Assembly: GCA_944387785.1 (NCBI GenBank)
Contig: CALXGG010000001.1
Coordinates: 9,541-73,540 of the forward strand
DNA length: 64,000 nucleotides
Origin: an uncultured Oscillospiraceae bacterium
GTDB lineage: Bacteria > Bacillota > Clostridia > Oscillospirales > Oscillospiraceae
Direction: 5' to 3'
Position numbers and translations under genes: made by a program. The notes below the pieces were generated by a model. It worked only from the letters and a program-made list of their open reading frames with translations. It ran no database searches and was not told the origin of the DNA. This document shows positions 1-7,173 of this stretch, piece by piece. The first letter of the stretch is position 1. Every line of letters begins with the position of its first letter.

Positions 1-1
1 T

Positions 2-442
2 GAGGGCACCGAGGCGGGCTACGGCCCCTTCGCCCTGATCCACGCCAACAACCTGGCGGACGCCACCGGGCAGAGCGGGGCCTTCGACATCGATACCGAG
101 CAGGTGCTGGCCTGGGATCCCGACGTGATCTTCCTGGATTTCAACGGCATGGCCCTCATCAACGAGGATTACGCCAAGGATCCCGATTACTACCAGGGCC
201 TCACCGCCGTACGGGAGGGCCGGGTCTACTCCCAGATCTCCTTCCGCTCCAGCGCCTCCAACCTGGAGACCGCCCTGGCGGACGCCTACTACGCCGCCAC
301 CGTCCTCTATCCCCAGCAGTTTGCCGACGTCAGCATCGAGGAGAAGGCCGGCGAGATCTTTACCGCCCTGCTGGGCGCCAATCCTTATGAAGATCTGAAG
401 GAGGCCGGCTATGCGTTCAGGCCCATCCAGTTGGGGGAATAG
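2..442 (+). CDS. ABC importer substrate-binding protein (Fe-siderophore/cobalamin, FecB/BtuF-like), C-terminal part; 5-prime end outside window
   Basis: Frame is open from the window edge to TAG 440-442. The tail DPDVIFLDFNG...YYQGLTAVREGRVY reads like a periplasmic binding protein of this class. Matching permease and ATPase genes follow directly. Confidence 0.7.
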   Translation, partial: EGTEAGYGPFALIHANNLADATGQSGAFDIDTEQVLAWDPDVIFLDFNGMALINEDYAKDPDYYQGLTAVREGRVYSQISFRSSASNLETALADAYYAATVLYPQQFADVSIEEKAGEIFTALLGANPYEDLKEAGYAFRPIQLGE

Positions 443-1502
443 CGCCCCTCACAGCCACAGCGCCATCGACCCGGCCTACCGCCGCAACCAGGTAAGGAGC
501 CTCACCTTCCTGGCGATCCTGGCCGTAATACTGGCGGCGGCCATCCTCCTCTCCCTGCGGGCGGGGTCCTACGAGACCCCGGTGGGCGAGCTGATCCGGG
601 GGATCTTCGGCGCGGCCCGGGACGAGAACATCAACCGGGTGGTCCGCAGCAACCGCCTGCCCCGGATCTGCACCGCCCTCATCGCCGGGGCGGGCCTGGG
701 GATTTCCGGCTGCGTGCTCCAGGCCATCCTCCGCAACCCCCTGGCCTCCGCCTCCACCCTGGGGGTGTCCCAGGGGGCCAGCTTCGGCGCCGCCTTCGCC
801 ATCATCGTCCTCAACGCGGGGACGGCGGGCGCCCTGGGCTCCGCCGCCATCCCCCTGTGCGCCTTTGCCGGCAGCATGGCGGTGGCCCTGGTGATCCTGG
901 GGCTGTCCCGGTTCAAGCAGATCTCCCCGGAGGGGATCGTCCTGGCAGGGGTGGCCATCAGCTCCATGTTCACCGGCGCCACCACCCTCATCCAGTATTT
1001 TGCCGACGAGATCCAGCTGGCCAGCCTGGTGTTCTGGACCTTCGGGAACCTGGGCAGCACCACCTGGTCCGACCTGCGGGTCATGGGGATCGTGGTGCTG
1101 CTGACCAGCATCGTATTCCTTCTCCACCGCTGGGACTACAACGCCCTCCTCAGCGGCACGGAGACGGCGGTGAGCCTGGGCATCAACGTCCGGCGGCTGA
1201 CCATGGCGGACATGGTCCTCTGCTGCCTCACCGCCTCCACCATCGTCTCCTACATCGGCCTCATCAACTTCATCGGCCTGGTGGCCCCCCACATCGTCCG
1301 GATGGTGGTGGGCAACAACCACGTCTACCTCCTCCCCGGCTCCATCCTGGCAGGCTCCACCCTGCTGCTGCTGGGGGACCTCTTCGCCCGGGTGGCCATC
1401 AGCCCGGTGATATTGCCCATCGGCGCCATCACCTCCTTCCTGGGCGGGCCCCTGTTCCTGTATCTTCTCTTCAAAGGGGGCAGCCGCCATGCTGAACGTT
1501 GA
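411..1502 (+). CDS. FecCD/BtuC-family ABC importer permease
   Basis: 363-aa polytopic membrane ORF with AGGAGG 6 nt upstream of ATG 411. Motif GAGLGISGCVLQAILRNPLASASTLGVSQGA is typical of FecCD permeases. It overlaps both neighbouring genes (operon). Confidence 0.85.
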   Translation: MRSGPSSWGNSAPHSHSAIDPAYRRNQVRSLTFLAILAVILAAAILLSLRAGSYETPVGELIRGIFGAARDENINRVVRSNRLPRICTALIAGAGLGISGCVLQAILRNPLASASTLGVSQGASFGAAFAIIVLNAGTAGALGSAAIPLCAFAGSMAVALVILGLSRFKQISPEGIVLAGVAISSMFTGATTLIQYFADEIQLASLVFWTFGNLGSTTWSDLRVMGIVVLLTSIVFLLHRWDYNALLSGTETAVSLGINVRRLTMADMVLCCLTASTIVSYIGLINFIGLVAPHIVRMVVGNNHVYLLPGSILAGSTLLLLGDLFARVAISPVILPIGAITSFLGGPLFLYLLFKGGSRHAER

Positions 1503-2241
1503 GAACCTCAGCTTCCACTACCGGGGCGGCCCCCCGGTCCTGCGGGACGTCAGCTTCTCCCTGGAGGCGGGGCAGTTCCTGGCCATCCTGGGCAACAACG
1601 GCGCGGGAAAGAGCACCATGCTCAAGTGCTTCAACCAGATCCTCCGGGTGGGGGGCGGCCATGTGTGGATGGACGACGAGGACCTTCTCACCCTGAGCCA
1701 CCGGGAGGTGGCCCGCCGGGTGGCCTTCGTCTCCCAGACCATCCCCAGCACCCAGATGACGGTCCACGACGTGGTGATGCTGGGCCGCCGGCCCTATATG
1801 CGCTGGGGCTTTACGGAGGAGGACCACCGGATCGTCCACCAGGCCATGGACCGGCTCCATCTGTCCGATATGCGGGGCCGCTTCCTCAACGAGCTCAGCG
1901 GCGGCGAGCGCCAGAAGGTGATGCTGGCCCGGGCCCTGGCCCAGCAGCCCAAGGTGCTGCTGCTGGACGAGCCCACCAGCAGCCTGGACATCCAGAACCA
2001 GTACCAGGTGCTGGACATCGTCCGGGACATCTGCCGCACCAGCGCCATCGCCGCGGTAATGGTGATCCACGAGCTGAACCTGGCCCTGCGCTTTTGCGAC
2101 CGGTTCCTCCTGCTCAAGGACGGGCGGGTGTACCGCTCCGGGGACCGCTCCATTCTGGACCGCCAGGCCCTGGGGGAGGTGTACGGCGTGGACGCCCGGG
2201 TGGTGACGGTGGAGGGGAGATCCATCGTCCTGGTGGACTGA
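1489..2241 (+). CDS. ABC transporter ATP-binding protein (FepC/FecE-like)
   Basis: Walker A GNNGAGKST, signature LSGGERQ and Walker B LLLDEPTS. It overlaps the permease stop. Confidence 0.9.
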   Translation: MLNVENLSFHYRGGPPVLRDVSFSLEAGQFLAILGNNGAGKSTMLKCFNQILRVGGGHVWMDDEDLLTLSHREVARRVAFVSQTIPSTQMTVHDVVMLGRRPYMRWGFTEEDHRIVHQAMDRLHLSDMRGRFLNELSGGERQKVMLARALAQQPKVLLLDEPTSSLDIQNQYQVLDIVRDICRTSAIAAVMVIHELNLALRFCDRFLLLKDGRVYRSGDRSILDRQALGEVYGVDARVVTVEGRSIVLVD

Positions 2242-2303
2242 GGAAACCGAGATGCTGTAAGAATCTGCGTAAGAATCTGTTTGTAAGAAAGGAAGCAACT
2301 GCA

Positions 2304-2834
2304 ATGAACGAGCGAGAGCTTTGGGAAAAATGTACGGCCTTCCACGGCCATGAGTGCGGCGGCCTGACCATCGGCTTCAAGGCCGCCCTGTACGCCATCG
2401 AGCTTCTGGATCTTCACTTCTCCGCCGACGAGCAGGTGGTGTGCGTGACGGAGAACGACGCCTGCGGCGTGGACGCCATCCAGGTGATCCTGGGGTGCAG
2501 CGTGGGCAAGGGGAACCTCCTCTTCCACCTGCGGGGCAAGCAGGCCTTCTCCTTCTACAACCGTGCCACCGGCCGCTCCGTCCGGCTGGTGCTGAGGGAC
2601 CGGCCCCAGGGCATGAGCCGTGAGGAGTCCTTCGCCTACTTCCAGTCCCACGCCCCCCGGGACCTGTTCGACGTGAAGGAGACCACCATCCGCCTGCCGG
2701 AGAGCGCCCGGCTGTTCCAGTCCGTAAAGTGCGAGGGCTGCGGCGAGACCACGGCGGAGAACATGATCCGCCTGGAAAACGGCAGGAAGCTGTGCCTGGA
2801 CTGCGCCGGCGCCTACAGCCGCTTCGACGTGTAG
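2304..2834 (+). CDS. FmdE-domain protein with C-terminal zinc ribbon
   Basis: ATG 2304 lies in frame within ORF 1626..2834. N-terminal FHGHECGGLTIGF and C-terminal CEGCG...CLDCAG motifs are typical of the FmdE family. The upstream part of the long ORF is a shadow of the ATPase gene. Confidence 0.75.
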   Translation: MNERELWEKCTAFHGHECGGLTIGFKAALYAIELLDLHFSADEQVVCVTENDACGVDAIQVILGCSVGKGNLLFHLRGKQAFSFYNRATGRSVRLVLRDRPQGMSREESFAYFQSHAPRDLFDVKETTIRLPESARLFQSVKCEGCGETTAENMIRLENGRKLCLDCAGAYSRFDV

Positions 2835-2855
2835 GGCATATCGGCCATAACCGCA

Positions 2856-2898
2856 AAGCGCCCGCCGGGAGATTCTCTCCCGGCGGGCGCTCTTTTCT
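2856..2898. terminator. bidirectional intrinsic terminator between convergent genes
   Basis: GC-rich inverted repeat AGCGCCCGCCGGGAGA / TCTCCCGGCGGGCGCT, flanked by an A-run upstream and CTTTTCTG downstream. Confidence 0.6.
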
Positions 2899-2909
2899 GT
2901 CTTCAAACC

Positions 2910-4166
2910 TTATGATGAGGTGGCGGTCTCCGCTGTCTCGTCCAGGCTGCGCACCTCCACCTCCAGCACGCGGCGGCCGTCGGTCCGGGTCACGGTGACC
3001 TTCAGGTCCTCCCACAGGAAGGTGTCGCCCTGGGCCGGGATCCGGCCCAGCTGCTCGGCCACCCAGCCGCCCAGGGTACTGTTGTCATCCCCGGCGTCGG
3101 CGTGGAACAGGTCCTTGAGGATCTCCGGGCTCTCCGCGCAGGAGATGCGGTAGGCCCCCTCGCCGGTCTGACGGACAGGCTCCTCCACCTCGTCGTGCTC
3201 GTCCCAGATCTCGCCCACCAGCTCCTCCAGGATGTCCTCCATGGTGACGATGCCCAGGGTGCCGCCGAACTCGTCGCTGACCACGGCCACATGGGACTTG
3301 CTGCGCTGGAGCTGCCGGAGCAGGGCGCTGATCTTCACCGTGGGGGGCACGAAGAGGGGCGCGGTCATGATGTCCGCCAGCCGGGCATCCTCATCCGCCT
3401 CGCAGAAATCCTTCAGGTGCAGCACGCCCTGGATGTCGTCCAGGTCCTCGCCGTAGACCAGCAGCCGGGAGTACCGGGACTCCCGGAACACCCGGGCCAC
3501 CTCCTCCCGGGCCGCCTCCATCTGCACCGCCTCCAGGTCCACCCGGTGGGTGAGGACGTCCCCCGCCTCCTGGTCCGGGAACTCGATGGCACTGCGCAGC
3601 AGCTCGCCCTCGTCCCGGTCGATGCCGCCCTCCTGCTCCACCTCGTCCACCAGCACCAGCAGCTCCTGCTGGGTCAGCTTCCGGTCGTCCTTTACCCGGA
3701 AGATCAGCGTCAACAGCCGCTTCCACTGGGTAAAAATGAAATTCAGCGGCGCCAGTATCCACATCAGCACCCGCAGCAGCGGGGCCGAGAGCATGGCAAA
3801 GCGCTCGGGGCTGTCCTTGGCCAGGCTCTTGGGGGAGATCTCGCCGAAGATCAGCACCACGATGGTGATGACCACGGTGGAGATGGTGGCCCCCAGGTCG
3901 CCGTAGTAGCGCACGAACATCACCGTGCCGATGGACGCCACGGCGATATTGACGATGTTGTTGCCGATGAGCAGCGTGGACAGCAGCCGGTTATACTGCT
4001 CCGACAGGGCCAGGGCCCGCTCCGCCCGCTTGTCCCCCTGCTCCGCCATGGCCTTCATCCTGGCCCGGTTCAAGGATGAGAACGCCGTTTCCGATGCAGA
4101 GAAATAGGCGGAAAAGGCGATGCATATGACCATCGCCAGTAATTCACCCACTAATTGCGTTTCCAT
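2910..4166 (-). CDS. CNNM/CorC/TlyC-type transporter (DUF21 membrane domain + CBS pair + CorC_HlyC domain)
   Basis: 418 aa. N-terminal TM region with SAYFSASETAF, central CBS-like region and a C-terminal transporter-associated domain. The family is often mis-annotated as hemolysin. Confidence 0.85.
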   Translation of the reverse strand: METQLVGELLAMVICIAFSAYFSASETAFSSLNRARMKAMAEQGDKRAERALALSEQYNRLLSTLLIGNNIVNIAVASIGTVMFVRYYGDLGATISTVVITIVVLIFGEISPKSLAKDSPERFAMLSAPLLRVLMWILAPLNFIFTQWKRLLTLIFRVKDDRKLTQQELLVLVDEVEQEGGIDRDEGELLRSAIEFPDQEAGDVLTHRVDLEAVQMEAAREEVARVFRESRYSRLLVYGEDLDDIQGVLHLKDFCEADEDARLADIMTAPLFVPPTVKISALLRQLQRSKSHVAVVSDEFGGTLGIVTMEDILEELVGEIWDEHDEVEEPVRQTGEGAYRISCAESPEILKDLFHADAGDDNSTLGGWVAEQLGRIPAQGDTFLWEDLKVTVTRTDGRRVLEVEVRSLDETAETATSS

Positions 4167-4271
4167 ATATTTTAATGTTCCTCCTGTTCATCCCAATCCA
4201 TACCTTGCTCCTTGTCCTCCTCCCCGCCGCTCGGGGAGGGGCGCCCCCCCTACTGCCGCAGGCGGCCAAGG

Positions 4272-4317
4272 CGCAAAAAGGCATGCCTGTCCCGCTGGCC
4301 GCGGAGCAGACATGCCC
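4272..4317 (-). terminator. intrinsic terminator inside the 5-prime leader of the CNNM gene (attenuator candidate)
   Basis: Minus-strand hairpin GGGCATGTCTGCTCCGCGG/CCAGCGGGACAGGCATGCC followed by TTTTTG. It lies about 110 nt upstream of the start codon. Confidence 0.55.
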
Positions 4318-4413
4318 GATATGATAAACAGGATCGCAAATGATCGGTACTGTGATTGTCGCCTTCGTCTATGTCCATGAGGTCTATCGTCCTCCCTTCC
4401 GCATAATGGCATC

Positions 4414-4443
4414 AGTATACAGAATACCCGGCGGCCCGTCAAT
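4414..4443 (-). promoter_or_regulatory. sigma-A-type promoter for the CNNM leader
   Basis: Minus strand TTGACG (4443-4438), 17-nt spacer, TATACT (4419-4414). Confidence 0.45.
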
Positions 4444-4490
4444 AGCCCGCCGCACACATTAACGGCATCTTAACGCGCCGCCCGCCGCCG

Positions 4491-4994
4491 TCAATAGGAG
4501 CTGATGGCCAGGGAGGGGTCGTCCTCCCCCTTCTCAATGGCCCGGATCACCACAAAATACTTCAGGTCATCCCTGACGGCCACCTGGACCCGGTCCCCCA
4601 CCTGATGGCCCAGCAGGGCCTTCCCCACCGGGGACTCCTTGCTGATGAGCCCCTTCAGGGCGTCCTGCCGCAGGGTGGTGACGATCTGGATGGTCATTTC
4701 CTTGCTGAGCATCTCGTTGAACAGGGTCACCTTGTCAAAAAGCCCCACCTCCGTCTGGCCGGAGGCGGCGGAGATCACCTTGGCGGTGCGGACCATCCGC
4801 TCCAGGTACCGGATGCGGCTCTCGTTGCGGTTCTTCTCCTGCTTGGCGCACTTATACTCAAAGTTCTCGCTGAGATCCCCGAAGGCCCGGGCGGTCTGGA
4901 CCTCCTCGATCAGCTTGGGCCGCAGCACCCGTACCCGGTAGTCGATCTCCTCCCGCATCTTGCGGATATCCACCTCTGTCAGCTCATCGTACAT
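4491..4994 (-). CDS. greA: transcription elongation factor GreA
   Basis: From M32 of ORF 4491..5087 (167 aa). LTEVDIRKMREEI...ARAFGDLSENFEYKCAKQEK is the GreA coiled-coil signature. The longer upstream start runs into AT-rich promoter DNA. Confidence 0.85.
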   Translation of the reverse strand: MYDELTEVDIRKMREEIDYRVRVLRPKLIEEVQTARAFGDLSENFEYKCAKQEKNRNESRIRYLERMVRTAKVISAASGQTEVGLFDKVTLFNEMLSKEMTIQIVTTLRQDALKGLISKESPVGKALLGHQVGDRVQVAVRDDLKYFVVIRAIEKGEDDPSLAISSY

Positions 4995-5099
4995 GTCCCC
5001 ATGCCCCTTTCCCCGTCCCGCTCCTGCCGAAGGAGGATGGTCCTCCCTACCGGGGGGGACGGAATTTATGAATAATTTGTTAAACACGCATAAAGCCTG

Positions 5100-5128
5100 T
5101 TGACATTTCCCTTGATCTGTTGTATATT
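5100..5128 (+). promoter_or_regulatory. near-consensus sigma-A promoter with no downstream plus-strand gene
   Basis: TTGACA 5100-5105, 17-nt spacer, TATATT 5123-5128. The next plus-strand CDS is at 7174, beyond the minus-strand sleC. Confidence 0.6.
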
Positions 5129-5134
5129 TTAATC

Positions 5135-5806
5135 ACAGGAAGACAAGGTCAAAAAGAAGTGAAGCCCCAGCAGTAAGGACCCAGCAACTTTCTGGCGCGG
5201 ATTCCCAGGGTAACCGGAAATCATCAGATATCCCCCATGATCCAGCAGATATCACCGCGGCGGGTCATACAGGATATCCGGTCAGGACCGGAACGGACCC
5301 GCGGATTCCGCAGCGACCTCGCGAGGAAGCAGCAAAGACTCAGCATAGACCCAGCAAAGACGAGACCCTGGCAAGTTCCTGGCAATGTCCCTGTAAGTCT
5401 ACCCAAGGAGGTACGGTCCAATGTACAACGCAGCCTGATCCGCAAGGATGCTTAGTTGTTCAGCGGATCAAACAAATCAGTTTCCCAAGCAAGCGGAACC
5501 CTTTTCGCACACGAAAGCAGCATGGATGACCGTATCCAAAGAAGAGTTCGTCTCTCGAAATGCACTGTCTTAGCGTATGGCAAAAGCGACGATCCGCGCA
5601 AGGGAACCCACGAAAGGTGGACAAAGCATTTGACAACCGAATACGTGCAGTAGCCCCACAGTCGCAAGAGTGATTGTGGGGCTGCTGCTATGTTGCCCCT
5701 ATCCAGTGTACCACCGTCCCCCGACCCTCTTCAAGAGGCAACCTTCCCAAATCGCGGCCCGTCCCGGCCGGAGGCTCCCTCCGCCGGGGCGGGCCGCTTC
5801 ATTTTC
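5135..5806 (+). ncRNA. candidate stand-alone structured ncRNA of unassigned family; 3-prime end at either the 5648-5687 or the 5754-5797 hairpin
   Basis: The gap is ORF-poor and visibly less GC-rich than its flanks. It has multiple GNRA-capped hairpins, repeated short motifs, a consensus promoter upstream, and a terminator-like hairpin followed by TTCATTTT at the end. Confidence 0.4.
5754..5806. terminator. GC-rich hairpin terminator; T-tract on plus strand, and also downstream of the sleC stop on minus
   Basis: GCGGCCCGTCCCGGCCGGAGG / CCTCCGCCGGGGCGGGCCGC inverted repeat (5754-5797), then TTCATTTT. Confidence 0.6.
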
Positions 5807-5853
5807 CGGCGGCAGGGGCGCTCCCGCCCCGCCGCCGCGGGCATGGCACGGCG

Positions 5854-7089
5854 CTACGCCGCAAGCTTGGCCACCGCCACATAGATGTTGGAGATGCTGT
5901 ACCAGGTGGCGAAATCCACCTCCCCGGTCTGGGGCAGGTGGAAGATGCCCTGGAAAGCCCGCACCGCCTCCTCCGTGGCCTGGCCGTAGACCCCGTCCGC
6001 CCGGACCGCCGGCAGCGCCGGGAAGTTCTCCCGGATCCGGTTGAGCTGGAGCTGGATGGTCCGCACGTCCTCCCCGGCGGAGCCGATGGACAGCACCGTC
6101 CCGCCGAAGGACATGGGCACCCCCTCCACCTTCTCCGCCGGAGCCAGGTAGATGTCGGAGCCGTAGTACCGCCGCAGGATGCTGACAGCGTCCCAGCCCT
6201 GCTCCCCCAGGGCCTGGGAGCCCCACTGGGAGAGGCCGCTGCACTGGGTCTGTCGGCCGTCGCAGTACTGGGTCAGCAGGGGCTGCCCCGCCCCCTCCCG
6301 GGTGATATAGGTGTTGAAGAGATCGTCCACCACTACGGAGATCTCCTCAAAGATCGTCCTGCCGGGGACGAAGGACTGGTCGTAGGCGGTGGAATTGGTG
6401 ATGGTGAACTCGTAGCCCTTGCCCCGGTACCACTCGGTATACACCCGGTTGAGGGTAAAAGAGATGATGGCCAGGACATTGGCCTTGATGGTCTCCCGGG
6501 CCCAGGTGGCGTAGATCTCGCTGCAGGCCACATTCTTGATGTAGTCCCGGAAGGGCACCCACTCGTCGGGGGCCCCGGCGTCGTCCGGCTTGCCCAGGTG
6601 GACGATGATGTACTCCGGGATCACCGGCTGAGGCAGGACCACCAGCCCGCCCGGGTCCGGCAGAGGCTTTACCTCCGGCTCCGGGATCTTGGGCGGGAAA
6701 TCCCCCCACAGGGTGTGGGGCGCGATGGAGAGGTTGCGGACGTTGAAGCCGCCGGACCGGGCGGGGCTCAGAGCCGCCGGCTGTACCGCCAGGCCGTCCG
6801 GCAGCAGCTGCACCCCGCCGATATGGATCGTCTCGAACCCCTCCGCGAACACCGTCACCGAGTAGGTGGCGTAGGGCCTCACGTCCCCCTCGCTGAGGGA
6901 ATCGGCGGCCGGCGGCGCCGGCAGCGTCACCGCCTCCGTCTGGCCCGAGGCGTCGGTGGTCAGCTCCAGGCGCATCCCCCTGTCGGCGGGGTCGCTGATC
7001 CGCACCCGCGCCCCGCTGATGGGCACCACCCGGCTCTCCGTCGTCACCATGACCTGTAATCGCCCCTGTCCCGTGTAAGCTGGATTCAT
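5854..7089 (-). CDS. sleC: spore cortex-lytic enzyme SleC-like (pre-pro region, catalytic region, C-terminal peptidoglycan-binding domain)
   Basis: 411 aa. Blocks PEYIIVHLG, YIKNVACSEIYATW, ISFTLNRVYTEWYR, ITNSTAYDQ, QYCDG and the C-terminal DGVYGQATEEAVRAFQ...LPQTG match my memory of clostridial SleC. It sits next to Csp proteases. Confidence 0.8.
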   Translation of the reverse strand: MNPAYTGQGRLQVMVTTESRVVPISGARVRISDPADRGMRLELTTDASGQTEAVTLPAPPAADSLSEGDVRPYATYSVTVFAEGFETIHIGGVQLLPDGLAVQPAALSPARSGGFNVRNLSIAPHTLWGDFPPKIPEPEVKPLPDPGGLVVLPQPVIPEYIIVHLGKPDDAGAPDEWVPFRDYIKNVACSEIYATWARETIKANVLAIISFTLNRVYTEWYRGKGYEFTITNSTAYDQSFVPGRTIFEEISVVVDDLFNTYITREGAGQPLLTQYCDGRQTQCSGLSQWGSQALGEQGWDAVSILRRYYGSDIYLAPAEKVEGVPMSFGGTVLSIGSAGEDVRTIQLQLNRIRENFPALPAVRADGVYGQATEEAVRAFQGIFHLPQTGEVDFATWYSISNIYVAVAKLAA

Positions 7090-7173
7090 AAGGGCAGCCC
7101 TCCTTTCCGTATACTAGTCTATGCGGCGGAGGGCCCGTCGCTCCCGCCGACTGATCCAAAGGGGAGCTGGTTT

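Noticed and set aside
417-1490. 357-aa minus-strand ORF antisense to the FecCD permease, with similar ORFs at 569..1111 and 857..1495
   Set aside because: Its Gly/Ala/Pro/Asp/His-rich, low-complexity translation is typical of antisense frames in very GC-rich genes. It has no RBS. The plus-strand permease reading is clearly the real one.
1626-2303. N-terminal 226 codons of ORF 1626..2834; likewise 7503..8738 and 28015..29790
   Set aside because: These upstream extensions overlap well-supported genes in another frame and are Pro/Gly/Arg-rich. Internal starts with RBSs (2304, 8739, 29791) give proteins of normal family length.
4188-4457. 89-aa minus-strand ORF in the CNNM leader, and a shorter internal MDIDEGD... 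ORF
   Set aside because: It spans the promoter and the terminator hairpin. The translation is Arg/Gly/Pro-rich and the RBS spacing is poor. It is treated as leader RNA.
4995-5087. Longer upstream starts for several genes (greA at 5087, M16C at 37694, SBP at 46208, YitT at 53160, CydC at 49771, CydD at 51489, MarR at 53294)
   Set aside because: The extensions add Arg/Gly/Pro-rich or AT-promoter-derived residues that are absent from the families. The internal ATGs have proper RBSs and, for cydC, a 4-nt overlap with the upstream stop.
5405-5438. Perfect AAGGAGGT followed 9 nt later by a 5-codon mini-ORF (MYNAA-stop) within the ncRNA candidate
   Set aside because: It is too short to evaluate and there is no downstream gene to attenuate. 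It may be a coincidental purine-rich element of the RNA. It is noted only as a detail of the ncRNA candidate.
5224-5667. Four small ORFs (65-73 aa) on both strands inside the greA-sleC gap
   Set aside because: They overlap one another. They lack Shine-Dalgarno sequences. The translations are Arg/Ser/Pro-rich and not protein-like. A non-coding interpretation is preferred.
5135-5806. Possibility that the gap encodes RNase P RNA, tmRNA, SRP RNA or 6S RNA
   Set aside because: I could not find the universally conserved RNase P GGAAAGUCC / ACAGAAnnCGGCUUA blocks on either strand. A tmRNA acceptor end and tag reading frame, and the SRP domain-IV motif, are also absent. The length is too large for 6S or SRP.
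7090-7173. Sporulation-sigma-type promoter (minus-strand CATAGACTA resembling a sigma-K/sigma-E -10) for sleC
   Set aside because: Only the -10-like element fits. The spacing to any AC or -35 element is wrong, so I cannot support it from sequence alone.
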